DNA of 64,000 nucleotides from Bdellovibrionales bacterium (GTDB taxonomy: Bacteria; Bdellovibrionota; Bdellovibrionia; Bdellovibrionales; UBA1609). Location of the stretch: the NCBI GenBank assembly GCA_023299885.1, contig JALZUS010000018.1, positions 2,646 to 66,645 on the forward strand. Direction: 5' to 3'. Numbering within the stretch: the first letter of the stretch is position 1; every line of letters starts with the position of its first letter. The position numbers and the translations under genes are program-made. Below are positions 53,341-62,756 of the stretch, piece after piece. The notes beneath the pieces are model-generated. The model saw nothing but the letters and a program-made list of their open reading frames with translations, made no database searches and was not told where the DNA came from.

Positions 53341-53589
53341 ATGTTAGAACAAAACCCAGCAGACCTTATTGCCCTTGTAGAAACTAAAATGCCTTATGGC
53401 AAATACAAGGGCATGGCTTTAATCGACCTCCCCGAACCTTATGTGGTTTGGTATTTTGGCAACGGGCTCCCAAAAGGCAAACTGGGCCACCTCTTAGGCT
53501 TACTCTACGAAATTAAAACCAATGGCTTAGAATACCTTCTTAACCCATTAAGAGGCTCTAGTAGCCAACATTATATAAAAAGTGAATAG
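53341..53589 (+). CDS. DUF3820-family protein
   Basis: 82 aa. The MPYGKYKG..LIDLPEPYVVWY....LP.GKLG.LL.....IKTNGLE pattern is characteristic of DUF3820. Confidence 0.75.
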   Translation: MLEQNPADLIALVETKMPYGKYKGMALIDLPEPYVVWYFGNGLPKGKLGHLLGLLYEIKTNGLEYLLNPLRGSSSQHYIKSE

Positions 53590-53598
53590 ACCTACATC

Positions 53599-54372
53599 TT
53601 GAAAAAATTTAATTACATTATCAATATACAATTTTTAGGCTTTAGATACAGTGGCTGGCAAAAACAGCCCAACGCTAAAACTGTACAAGAAATGATAGAT
53701 AAAACTTTCTTTTGCATCTTTGAGCATCATAATTTTAAAACATTAGGCGCCAGTAGAACAGACTCTAAAGTATCTGCTAATCAGTTTCCTTTTCAGCTGC
53801 TAATAAACGAATCTCTAGATACAGAAAAGCTTTTAACTAATTTAGAAAAAAACTTACCACCAGATATTAGAGTTTTATCTGTAACTACAGCTGACCCTAG
53901 TTTTAGTGTAATTAGCCAAGCTAAAACAAAACAATACCAGTATGTTTTTTGCTTTGGAAAAATACCTCACTCTTTCTGCGCGCCCTTTATGGTTTACTTT
54001 AAAGGCGACCTTGATATCGAAAAAATGAAAGAAGGCGCCGGGCTATTTACAGGAACGTATAACTTTAAAAATTATTGTTACAAACCCAACGAAAGAACTC
54101 AGCTTACCCGAACAGTTACTAAAAGCCGTATTATTAAAAATACGGTTTACCAATCTAACTTTTTCCCAGAGGACTCATGGATTTTTGAGATAGAAGGCCC
54201 GGGCTTTTTAAGGCATCAAATCCGATTAATGATGGGGGCACTTGTTAGCGTAGGCACTGGCAAACTATCAATTGATGACCTCAAAAAAAGTTTAGAAGAC
54301 ACAACAAGTGTAGACAGTAACTACATAGTGCCATCCTCTGGGCTTATATTAAATAAAGTTGATTTTTCCTGA
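53599..54372 (+). CDS. TruA-family tRNA pseudouridine synthase
   Basis: 257 aa with FLGFRYSGWQKQ and the catalytic-Asp motif GASRTDSKVSA, plus the FLRHQIRLMMG region. TTG start. Confidence 0.8.
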   Translation: MKKFNYIINIQFLGFRYSGWQKQPNAKTVQEMIDKTFFCIFEHHNFKTLGASRTDSKVSANQFPFQLLINESLDTEKLLTNLEKNLPPDIRVLSVTTADPSFSVISQAKTKQYQYVFCFGKIPHSFCAPFMVYFKGDLDIEKMKEGAGLFTGTYNFKNYCYKPNERTQLTRTVTKSRIIKNTVYQSNFFPEDSWIFEIEGPGFLRHQIRLMMGALVSVGTGKLSIDDLKKSLEDTTSVDSNYIVPSSGLILNKVDFS

Positions 54373-54410
54373 AGCTATACTCTTAAGGCTTTTACAGGCA
54401 AAATAAAACT

Positions 54411-55112
54411 ATGGACATAGAAAGCTATCTACGAAAAAAACAAGCTCTAAAAAAACACTTCAGGGCAGACAGAAAGCTTTGTACCGATTGCCGACAACCA
54501 AACTTCAATTGCTTTTGTGAACACATCCGTAAATTTGACCCAAACATAGAGTTTGTTATTTTAATACATCCTCTTGAAACAAAGCGCAGAATTGCTACAG
54601 GCCGCATGTCTTACCTTAGCCTGGAGAACTCTCATATTTTAAAAGGTGCTTCGTTCTCAGGCCACAAAAAAATAACAGCCCTCGTAAATCAACCAGGTTA
54701 TCAAAACATAGTGTTATCACCTGGCTCGGAGGCTACGAACTTAACTAATTGCTCCGGCAAGCAACTGCGTGAACATTTCCCTAGATATAAAAAATTACGA
54801 GTTTTTGTTCTTGATAGCACATGGAGCACTGCCAATAAAATGTTTAAAGGAACTCCTCAGCTTCATAAACTTAAAAGATACTTTTATGTTCCAACAGAAG
54901 CCTCAAACATAAGAGTAAGAAAGCAGCCCAGCAGTAACTGCCACTGCACCCTTGAAGCTATACATCATGTTATTGAGCTTTTAGGACCAAGCCAGGGCTT
55001 TGATACAGCAACGCGATTACATGATAATTTACTTAAACCTTTTAATTGGATGGTAGAGCAACAAATAAAAAGAATAAAAAAAAATAAAAACTGGAGAACT
55101 TATGAGCGATAA
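54411..55112 (+). CDS. DTW-domain protein (tRNA-uridine aminocarboxypropyltransferase family)
   Basis: 233 aa with an N-terminal C-x2-C-x7-C-x-C cluster (CTDCRQPNFNCFC) and the DSTW motif. Confidence 0.8.
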   Translation: MDIESYLRKKQALKKHFRADRKLCTDCRQPNFNCFCEHIRKFDPNIEFVILIHPLETKRRIATGRMSYLSLENSHILKGASFSGHKKITALVNQPGYQNIVLSPGSEATNLTNCSGKQLREHFPRYKKLRVFVLDSTWSTANKMFKGTPQLHKLKRYFYVPTEASNIRVRKQPSSNCHCTLEAIHHVIELLGPSQGFDTATRLHDNLLKPFNWMVEQQIKRIKKNKNWRTYER

Positions 55113-55995
55113 GCTAATACCCTGGGATAAATCTGAAAAAACAGACTGGCTAAATAGCCAATCCATAAAACGTTCTTACAAAGAAGATGTTGTATCTAAA
55201 ATAATAGCCTTAGAAAATGACTTTGATGTTACACAATATGGGGCTCTTTCCTACGCCCCCAACAAGTACCCGCTTTTTATTATTAAGAACAAAACTTTTG
55301 AATCTGAAAAAAAGAATATCCTTATAACCGGTGGCGTACATGGATACGAAACGAGTGGAGTTATCGGGGCTTTAAAATTTTTAAATGAAAAAGCTAGCAA
55401 CTACATATCAAAATTTAATATCATTTGCGCTCCATGCATAAGCCCGTGGGCTTATGAAACGATTAACCGCTGGAACCCAAATACAATTGACCCAAACAGA
55501 TCTTTTACTAAAAATAGCCCCTCAGAAGAATGTCAGCTTATCATGCAAGAAATTGAAAAAATGAATATTAGTTTTTATGCACATATAGATCTGCATGAAA
55601 CAACGGATACAGACAATACTGTTTTTAGGCCAGCACTTGAAAAAAGAGATGGTGTTAAGCAAAAAGAATGGGGTATCCCTGATGGCTTTTATCTTGTTGG
55701 TGATTCTGAAAACCCAAATGATAAATTTCAAAAAGCCATTATTGATTCTGTAAGAGAAGTAACGCATATTGCACCAGCTGACGAAGCTGGTAAAATTATA
55801 GGCAAGCCAATAACGCAAGAAGGTGTCATTAACTACCCTATAAAAAAATTGAATCTATGTGCTAGTTTTTCAAATGCAGACTATTGCTCGACAACTGAAG
55901 TTTTCCCTGACAGCCCAAAAGTAAATGACAATGATTGTGCTAATGCACAAGTAGCAGCCATTACCGGCGGATTAGACTATTTATTAAGCCTTTAG
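55102..55995 (+). CDS. M14-family zinc carboxypeptidase-like protein
   Basis: 297 aa with zinc ligands GGVHGYETSG (HxxE) and IDLHETTD. Confidence 0.7.
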   Translation: MSDKLIPWDKSEKTDWLNSQSIKRSYKEDVVSKIIALENDFDVTQYGALSYAPNKYPLFIIKNKTFESEKKNILITGGVHGYETSGVIGALKFLNEKASNYISKFNIICAPCISPWAYETINRWNPNTIDPNRSFTKNSPSEECQLIMQEIEKMNISFYAHIDLHETTDTDNTVFRPALEKRDGVKQKEWGIPDGFYLVGDSENPNDKFQKAIIDSVREVTHIAPADEAGKIIGKPITQEGVINYPIKKLNLCASFSNADYCSTTEVFPDSPKVNDNDCANAQVAAITGGLDYLLSL

Positions 55996-56073
55996 GGGCT
56001 GCGTCACCCCCTATACCCCTTGTAAATAGGCCCTATTCCTCTCACAATTAAGCCATAACAATAGGAGATTATT

Positions 56074-56406
56074 ATGGCTGAAGAAGCAAAAGGTTTAAAA
56101 AAACCAGTAAAATTACAAGACGAGCTAGCTAGCATGCTTGGCACATCAGAACTTCCAAGAACGGAAATCACTAAAAAGCTTTGGGAATACATCAAAGAAA
56201 ATGGCCTACAAACTAAAACTGAAAATGGTAAAGCTGAAAACGCTGGTAAATATATTGTTGCTGACGCTACATTATTACCAATCTTTAAAAAGACTAAGTC
56301 TACAAGTAAGTCTGGTAAATTAACTGACCTTACAGGACTAAAAGAAGGCCAAACAATCAACATGATGCAAATGGCAGCTGTTGTTGGCGCAAACATAGTA
56401 AAATAA
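56074..56406 (+). CDS. SWIB/MDM2-domain protein
   Basis: 110 aa. LASMLGTSELPRTEITKKLWEYIKENGLQ is the canonical SWIB core. Confidence 0.8.
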   Translation: MAEEAKGLKKPVKLQDELASMLGTSELPRTEITKKLWEYIKENGLQTKTENGKAENAGKYIVADATLLPIFKKTKSTSKSGKLTDLTGLKEGQTINMMQMAAVVGANIVK

Positions 56407-56463
56407 TTTTAAATACTTACCTGGTTTGTTATTAAGCAGACCGGGTTAGCGATAGGCTTTAAA

Positions 56464-56679
56464 TTGAGTGACCCATTAGAAGGAAAAACATTAGAGTTTA
56501 TACTCACAGAGCTTGTAAACCATCTTGGCTTTAAAGAGCTTGGCAACATTATCGATATCCGTTGCTTTAATAACGAACCCAGCATCAAATCTAGCTTAAA
56601 ATTTTTAAGGAAAACTCCTTGGGCCCGAGCCAAAGTAGAAGAGCTTTATCTTTATGAAATTTTAGATGTGCTCGATTAA
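56464..56679 (+). CDS. VF530/DUF2132-family small DNA-binding-like protein
   Basis: 71 aa. DPLEGKTLEFILTELVNHLGFKELG..I.IRCF...PSIKSSLKFLRKTPWARAKVEELY matches the family pattern. TTG start. Confidence 0.7.
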   Translation: MSDPLEGKTLEFILTELVNHLGFKELGNIIDIRCFNNEPSIKSSLKFLRKTPWARAKVEELYLYEILDVLD

Positions 56680-58496
56680 ATAGAGCTCACAAATTCTAAA
56701 AAAACTTTCTTATGTTTTTCTAAGTCTAAATCTGGTGAAACCGCCACGCGCACAATATAATCTTTATCGCCCTCTTTAGTAGTTCCTTGCGTAGATGTTG
56801 CTGGCACGGTCCAATAGCATCCCTTTAACTGGCCATAGCTAACACAGTGCTGACTTTCATTAGGAATATTATTAATCATTAGCTTTATTAACTTATGATT
56901 CAGTTCTCTTTTATAATCTTCTTTTTCCTGAGCCGTATTACCTTCTGTTGGCAAATCTAATGAGAATACAGATGGCGTAAATCCTTGGCTTGCAAGCTCT
57001 TCAGATACAAAATTAATTTTAGAATTTGGTAGAATTTCTATAATATAATTCACAAAGCTTCTTGTGTTTTTATAAGCTTCATCAATCCTTTGAAGCATCG
57101 ATGGAAGCTGTTCCGATAAAATATCAATTTGTAAACTTGTCGCTTCGTTGTCACAAATTTTAATATGTTTATCAATTTTTTCTATCAATCTTTCTGCTTT
57201 TTTATTAGCGACACAGTAGCCGGCCGTACACTGACCACCACTTGGAAATTTAGACCCACTCACATAAGAAATAGTTTGTACTGATGACAACACAGCACTA
57301 TCACTTAAAAAATCAACATTGGGACAAAAAGTTTGATCTAATATAAAAACAGGATTAATTGCAGTATCGCCCTCTTTTGTTTTACGGCTCTTACTTAATA
57401 CAGCTGCTAATTTAACGAGGTCAGGTACTTCTACCCTAGGGTTTGTTGGTATTTCTGCAATAATATAAGGAACCGCATTCTGTTCTGCCACCTTTGATAA
57501 AATCTTTTCAAGACTACTCACCATATCATTGCCATCGTCTACATGGAGGTCGACCACTTCTGCGTTTTCAACACAAGCAGTAACCCGCCTTGCTTGGTCA
57601 TTTGTTCCTCCATAGCAATTAGGTGGCACAATTATTTTTATTTTTTTCCCTGGAAATTTTTGAATAGCATCATCCATTAGCCCCATAAGAATTGCATACT
57701 GTATAGATAAGCCACTAGATCCTAACACTGCCTGCGTGTCAGCTTTTGTTATTTTTTTTATAGATTCTAAAACTAAAGTTTTATTTTTTTGTGAAGTTAT
57801 TGGCTCGCTATGGCCCTCACTAATAATTGCATTTAAAGCTATTAAACAGTTAGCTGGAGTCATTGCTATGGACTCCCTACGCCTTACATGCTGAATCTCA
57901 GAAATATAACTTTTATCTACATGGCTTCCTACTAAAATAATACTACCAAGCCCCTCAATTATATTTACTAGAAAGTCTGCGGACAATACCTTTTCACCAG
58001 TATTTAAAACTACAGTGCTACCATCAAAAAATGGCAAGCTATCAAAAGATTCAACTTTTACTAATTCAAAGTTATAGCCATATACTGTCCTTAAACCCTC
58101 TACATCAAAACATGATGGCAACTCATTTTTATATACAATTTGAGTTTTTTTGTTTTTTAATAAATTATGTCTTAAAACTGCATAAATAGGCATAGCAATA
58201 GATGAAAAGCTAATTACATTTTGCGCTTGTAGGTTGTTTTCTTTTGCTACTAACCATTCAAGTAAACATGAGAGTGGGTGCCCCAACCTTATGTAGTCAT
58301 AAGCTGTTGGCAGCTGACTGAGGCCTTCTTTTGAAATACTACCAGCAGTAAATAGTGCCTCTAGCGCTTCTGTAAATTCTACTTTAGCCAAGCTTTCATT
58401 ATAAATATCTAATCTGTGCGTTGTCTTTGTAAGCCAGTCTTCTGGCATAGCATTAAGTACATTTTTTACATCAATAAGTAGCTGCTTGTTTTTCAT
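56676..58496 (-). CDS. Cys/Met-metabolism-type PLP-dependent enzyme with a ~270-aa N-terminal extension
   Basis: The C-terminal half carries GSSGLSIQYA, YGGTND, EIPTNPRVEVPDL, LDQTFCP and SGSKFPSGG (PLP Lys). I prefer the ATG at 58496 (MKNKQLL), because the ORF-track start at 58631 would overlap rluF. Confidence 0.65.
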   Translation of the reverse strand: MKNKQLLIDVKNVLNAMPEDWLTKTTHRLDIYNESLAKVEFTEALEALFTAGSISKEGLSQLPTAYDYIRLGHPLSCLLEWLVAKENNLQAQNVISFSSIAMPIYAVLRHNLLKNKKTQIVYKNELPSCFDVEGLRTVYGYNFELVKVESFDSLPFFDGSTVVLNTGEKVLSADFLVNIIEGLGSIILVGSHVDKSYISEIQHVRRRESIAMTPANCLIALNAIISEGHSEPITSQKNKTLVLESIKKITKADTQAVLGSSGLSIQYAILMGLMDDAIQKFPGKKIKIIVPPNCYGGTNDQARRVTACVENAEVVDLHVDDGNDMVSSLEKILSKVAEQNAVPYIIAEIPTNPRVEVPDLVKLAAVLSKSRKTKEGDTAINPVFILDQTFCPNVDFLSDSAVLSSVQTISYVSGSKFPSGGQCTAGYCVANKKAERLIEKIDKHIKICDNEATSLQIDILSEQLPSMLQRIDEAYKNTRSFVNYIIEILPNSKINFVSEELASQGFTPSVFSLDLPTEGNTAQEKEDYKRELNHKLIKLMINNIPNESQHCVSYGQLKGCYWTVPATSTQGTTKEGDKDYIVRVAVSPDLDLEKHKKVFLEFVSSI

Positions 58497-58593
58497 CTTA
58501 TACACCTTTGAGTAGGGCCTTAAGATACATGAATTTAATTTAATTTGAAAGTTTTGATGTTCACATCCACTAAAAACAAGGCTATTAAAAACC

Positions 58594-59535
58594 ATGATTA
58601 AAGGTAAGTCTGTAGGTCTTAACAAGTACATCGCTCAAAGCGGTATCTGCTCGCGCAGAAAGGCCGACGAGTACATTAAAGACGGACGAGTTAAAATTAA
58701 TAAAAGAAAAGCTAAGATTGCAGACCGCGTAAAAGCTGGTGATATTGTTATGGTGAATGGCCAAACTATAGAGCCAGAAGAAGCACAACCTTTTGTCTTT
58801 ATAGCCCTTAATAAACCAGCAGGAATTGTATCCACAACAGAACCCACAGAGCGTAATAATATTGTAAGCTACACTAACTATCCTTTCAGAATATTTCCTA
58901 TTGGACGTCTAGACAAAGACTCTACCGGGCTTATATTTTTAACTAATGATGGCGATATTGTTAATAAAGTTTTACGAGCAGGCAACAATCATGAAAAAGA
59001 ATATATAGTTACTGTTGATAAGCCCATTACCGATGAATTCATTACTGACATGTCTAGAGGCGTTCCTGTACTAGGCGTTATTACAAAAAAATGTAAAGTT
59101 GAAAAAATATCTACTAAAAAATTTAGAATTATACTCGTACAAGGCCTTAACCGCCAAATAAGACGAATGAGTGAATACTTTGGTTACGAGGTCACCGACT
59201 TACAGCGCATACGCATTATGCATGTCAATATCGATGGCTTACCCGAAGGAGATTTCAGGCCCCTTACTGAAGACGAACTAAAAACTTTATTCAGCCTTGT
59301 TAAAGACTCATCTTCTGAAGACAACCCAAAAAAGAGCACAGCTAAGAAAAATACCGACAAGAAAAGTACAACTAAAAAAAATATATCCAAGAAGAGTTCA
59401 AACAAGAAAAAAACTAATGCAAAAGTTGAATCTTTTGAAGACTATGAGTTTAGTAGAAATAATAATAAAAGATCTAACCGCCCCTCTTCTAAAAAAGTAA
59501 GTAAAAAACCCGGCAGAAAAAAACGCCGCAGGTAA
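58594..59535 (+). CDS. rluF: 23S rRNA pseudouridine synthase RluF with a Lys-rich C-terminal tail
   Basis: 313 aa, collinear with E. coli RluF: [20 protein letters not shown] (S4), [47 protein letters not shown]. Confidence 0.88.
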   Translation: MIKGKSVGLNKYIAQSGICSRRKADEYIKDGRVKINKRKAKIADRVKAGDIVMVNGQTIEPEEAQPFVFIALNKPAGIVSTTEPTERNNIVSYTNYPFRIFPIGRLDKDSTGLIFLTNDGDIVNKVLRAGNNHEKEYIVTVDKPITDEFITDMSRGVPVLGVITKKCKVEKISTKKFRIILVQGLNRQIRRMSEYFGYEVTDLQRIRIMHVNIDGLPEGDFRPLTEDELKTLFSLVKDSSSEDNPKKSTAKKNTDKKSTTKKNISKKSSNKKKTNAKVESFEDYEFSRNNNKRSNRPSSKKVSKKPGRKKRRR

Positions 59536-59548
59536 TAGGTAAAAAATC

Positions 59549-60928
59549 ATGAATGAAACATTTAATACATTAAATTTAAACCCTCAGATCCTTAAAGCAC
59601 TAGATGTTCTTAGCTATAAAACTATGACACCTATTCAACAAAGCAGTCTTCCACATATTTTATCTGGTTCTGATATTATTGCTCAGGCTAAAACAGGCTC
59701 CGGGAAAACAGCAGCTTTTGCTCTAGGCTTACTTAACAGCCTCGACCTTAATAAAGAAGCCATCCATGGCCTTATACTCTGCCCCACAAGGGAACTTGCT
59801 GAGCAAGTCGCCTCAGAAACCCGCAAGCTTGCTAGCTTTTTACCTAATGCAAAAATATTAACTTTATGTGGTGGCGTACATGAGTCCATTCAAGAAAAGT
59901 CATTGCAATCTCATACTCATATTGCTGTTGGTACACCTGGACGTATTTTACGACTTCTTGAAAAAGGTGCACTAGATATTAGTGACTTAAATGTTTTCAC
60001 CTTAGACGAAGCTGATAGAATGCTTGATATGGGTTTTACAGATGAAATTAATGAAATTTTTAACTTTGTACCCAAGAAGGCACAGTCCTTATTATTTTCG
60101 GCCACCTACCCAGACAATATAAAAACTCTTGGCCAACATATATTAAAAAAACCTAAAGAAATTAAAGTAGATACTCAAGATATAGACAATAAAATTATTG
60201 ATGTTTTTTATAAAGTAAGAAAAACACAAGATAAAAATAATTTACTCTATAAAATACTCAGTGAGTATCAGCCCAAAAATGCTATTATATTTTGCCGCAC
60301 AAAAAAGGAAACAGCAGATGTTACAGATTTTTTAACAGGACGTAATATATTTGCAGGCTGCCTGAATGGAGACCTTGAGCAAGATGAACGTACAGAAATT
60401 TTAACTAAATTTTCAAATGGTAGCCTCTCAATACTTGTCGCTACAGATGTTGCCGCAAGAGGCCTCGACATAGCCAATCTAGAAGCTGTTATTAATCACA
60501 ATATGCCTTCCGGTGCTGATAATTACCTACATCGTATTGGCCGAACCGGACGAGCCGGAAAAACAGGCCTTGCTTTTAGCTTTTACAACCAAGAAGAAGA
60601 TTTTAGGCTAGAAGAAATAGAAGGACTCAGAGGAAAAGAATGCGTTATTAAAAACTCTGATGATCTTCCTTACACAAAAAAATATAAAAAAATACCACCC
60701 ATGGTGACACTCTATATAAGCGGCGGGAAAAAAAATAAGCTCCGCCCTGGCGATATAGTCGGAGCCCTCATAGGTGAAGCCAACCTGAAGCCTGAAGACA
60801 TTGGCGACATTAACATACAACCTGTGTTTAGCTTTGTTGCTGTCAAAAAGGCACATGCTAACAGAGCCATTAAAGGCTTAAGTGCCGGGCGAATTAAAAA
60901 AAAGAAATACAAAGTTGGCTTAGCTTAA
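59549..60928 (+). CDS. dbpA: ATP-dependent DEAD-box RNA helicase DbpA
   Basis: 459 aa with the Q motif, AQAKTGSGKT, DEAD, SAT, HRIGRTGRAG, and the C-terminal DbpA RNA-binding domain (GKKNKLRPGDIVGA). Confidence 0.88.
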   Translation: MNETFNTLNLNPQILKALDVLSYKTMTPIQQSSLPHILSGSDIIAQAKTGSGKTAAFALGLLNSLDLNKEAIHGLILCPTRELAEQVASETRKLASFLPNAKILTLCGGVHESIQEKSLQSHTHIAVGTPGRILRLLEKGALDISDLNVFTLDEADRMLDMGFTDEINEIFNFVPKKAQSLLFSATYPDNIKTLGQHILKKPKEIKVDTQDIDNKIIDVFYKVRKTQDKNNLLYKILSEYQPKNAIIFCRTKKETADVTDFLTGRNIFAGCLNGDLEQDERTEILTKFSNGSLSILVATDVAARGLDIANLEAVINHNMPSGADNYLHRIGRTGRAGKTGLAFSFYNQEEDFRLEEIEGLRGKECVIKNSDDLPYTKKYKKIPPMVTLYISGGKKNKLRPGDIVGALIGEANLKPEDIGDINIQPVFSFVAVKKAHANRAIKGLSAGRIKKKKYKVGLA

Positions 60929-60948
60929 TTAAAAAGTAGAAAGATATT

Positions 60949-61404
60949 ATGCTAAATATTTATATAGATGCAGATGCCTGCCCCGTTAAAGATGAAACCT
61001 ATAAAGTCGCTAAAAGATATAACCTTTTGACTTATGTTGTGGCTAACCAATATTTAAATATACCCATGGACATCAATATCCGCATGGAAGCTGTCAGCGG
61101 GTCTTTTGATGCTGCAGATGATTGGATTGTAGAAAAATCGCAAGCGAATGATATTGTTATTACATCAGATATTTTACTAGCTCAGCGCTGTGTGGAAAAA
61201 GCTGTGAAAGTTGTGAATCCAAAGGGCCATGAATATAACGAAGACAATATCGGGACCGCTGTGAGTGGTCGTGAAACTGCCGAACATATGAGGCAAACGG
61301 GGCATAAAGGAACAGGCCCCTCAGCCATGACAAAAACTGATAAATCAAATTTTTTATCTAAATTGGATCAAGTGATCCAAAAAATTAAAAAAGAAAACGG
61401 ATAA
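60949..61404 (+). CDS. yaiI: YaiI/YqxD-family protein (UPF0178)
   Basis: 151 aa. IYIDADACPVK at the N-terminus and the D.AD.WI and VIT.DI.LA pattern. Confidence 0.8.
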   Translation: MLNIYIDADACPVKDETYKVAKRYNLLTYVVANQYLNIPMDINIRMEAVSGSFDAADDWIVEKSQANDIVITSDILLAQRCVEKAVKVVNPKGHEYNEDNIGTAVSGRETAEHMRQTGHKGTGPSAMTKTDKSNFLSKLDQVIQKIKKENG

Positions 61405-61407
61405 CTA

Positions 61408-62304
61408 ATGAACGACATACTTAATAAATTAATTCACCCTACTTCAAAATTAGACTTTATGGATTGCTATGAGGACAATAGACCTTTTGTAGCGCACGAC
61501 ATTACAGACCTCGATGCAATCTTTAACCTCCCTTTTTTAAAATCTTTTAATGAGCTTATAAGCTTTTGGCCAAAAGATGTTGAAGTTTACCCTAAACATT
61601 TAGCTGATGAAGAAGGAGCACTGAAAACCTCGCCTCAAGAGGCTAAGAAAATTTTTAATAGTGAAGGTCGCGGACTCCTATTTAATGATGCCAACCTTAT
61701 CTCCGAAGTATTACAAGGCCACCTTAACCAGCTCCGCAAGGACTTGGGTCTACCTTCAATGACTTTTTCTAGAAACCTTATTTATGCCACTAAAGAAGGG
61801 CGTGGCACTGACACCCACTTTGATCAAAATATTAATTTTGTTATTCAAATCCATGGTGAAAAAAAATGGTGGGTAGCGCCCAATAAACATATAGAAAACC
61901 CGCAGGTAAGACATACTCTAGGGCAAGAACTAAATCCTGAGCTAGAGCTTTACACAGAGCTCCCGCTACCTACTGAAATGCCAGCAGAGGCTACAGAGTT
62001 TTTACTTAAGCCAGGATCAATGCTTTTTGTACCTAGAGGCTCTTGGCATAAAACAGAAGCACTAACAGATGCTCTTTCATTAAATTTTACTTTTTCAGCA
62101 CCTACATGGGTTGATATTTTTACTATGGCTTTAAAAGGAAGGCTTACGCAGTCGTCGGTATGGAGACGTACAGCTAACTTTATGTCTGACCCTAAAAGGT
62201 TTGATGAAGCCGCTGATGAATTCAATATGCTTTTAGAGTCCTTAAATGATGAGATACCCCACTGGAAGGCTGAAGATATTTTAGAAGCTATGGAAGCTGA
62301 ATAA
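61408..62304 (+). CDS. JmjC/cupin-domain 2-oxoglutarate/Fe(II) oxygenase-like protein
   Basis: 298 aa with GTDTHFDQ (HxD) and, downstream, GSWHKTEA (His), in a cupin-length spacing. Confidence 0.65.
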   Translation: MNDILNKLIHPTSKLDFMDCYEDNRPFVAHDITDLDAIFNLPFLKSFNELISFWPKDVEVYPKHLADEEGALKTSPQEAKKIFNSEGRGLLFNDANLISEVLQGHLNQLRKDLGLPSMTFSRNLIYATKEGRGTDTHFDQNINFVIQIHGEKKWWVAPNKHIENPQVRHTLGQELNPELELYTELPLPTEMPAEATEFLLKPGSMLFVPRGSWHKTEALTDALSLNFTFSAPTWVDIFTMALKGRLTQSSVWRRTANFMSDPKRFDEAADEFNMLLESLNDEIPHWKAEDILEAMEAE

Positions 62305-62306
62305 GA

Positions 62307-62744
62307 TTACCCTTCACTGCCCCACTGTACATTTTTAACATCAAGCTCTATATCTTTGCCGTCAATAGATTCTAAAATAGGACCAATACGAACAGCATAG
62401 CTTTTATTTTTTGGAGCCAGGTAATAATAATTAACATTATCATTCTTTACTTTTAACTGCGTAAGATGACCCCATGGCTCTTTAGTAACCAATGTAAGCC
62501 TTGGGTAGTCGACCTCTTCATTAGAAAAATCAATAGAGTGCTCTTTGATAGTCTCTTCGCCTTCAAAATTTTGAAGCCAAATGACTGGTACAGTTATCTT
62601 TTGATCTGAAGTCTTAAAAAAATCGATATTATAGTTTTCGCCTTCTTTTGAAACTTTAACAGTTTTATCTGATAAAGTTTTAAGCCTTAAAAACTGTGTC
62701 CCACCCTGAAATATAAACTTATTAAATCTAGCTTTTTGCTTCAT
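62307..62744 (-). CDS. Hypothetical protein
   Basis: 145-aa ORF with no motif recognised. Confidence 0.5.
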   Translation of the reverse strand: MKQKARFNKFIFQGGTQFLRLKTLSDKTVKVSKEGENYNIDFFKTSDQKITVPVIWLQNFEGEETIKEHSIDFSNEEVDYPRLTLVTKEPWGHLTQLKVKNDNVNYYYLAPKNKSYAVRIGPILESIDGKDIELDVKNVQWGSEG

Positions 62745-62756
62745 AATTGAAATTCC

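Noticed and set aside
50797-53600. Bona fide integrated genomic island at the tmRNA 3' end
   Set aside because: I found no integrase or recombinase, no direct repeat of the ssrA 3' end, and no mobile-element genes. Only the weaker duplication/decay observation is reported.
56004-56396. 130-aa minus-strand ORF and 61-aa plus-strand ORF overlapping the SWIB gene
   Set aside because: They are shadow frames. The SWIB core motif fixes the real frame (56074-56406, +).
58497-58847. ORF-track start at 58631 for the PLP enzyme, and small ORFs 58585-58788 and 58635-58847
   Set aside because: These would overlap the rluF coding region, whose collinearity with E. coli RluF is strong. The internal ATG at 58496 is the plausible start.
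59184-60912. Multiple minus-strand ORFs of 62-82 aa inside rluF and dbpA
   Set aside because: They are antisense shadows within genes that have complete helicase and pseudouridine-synthase motif sets.
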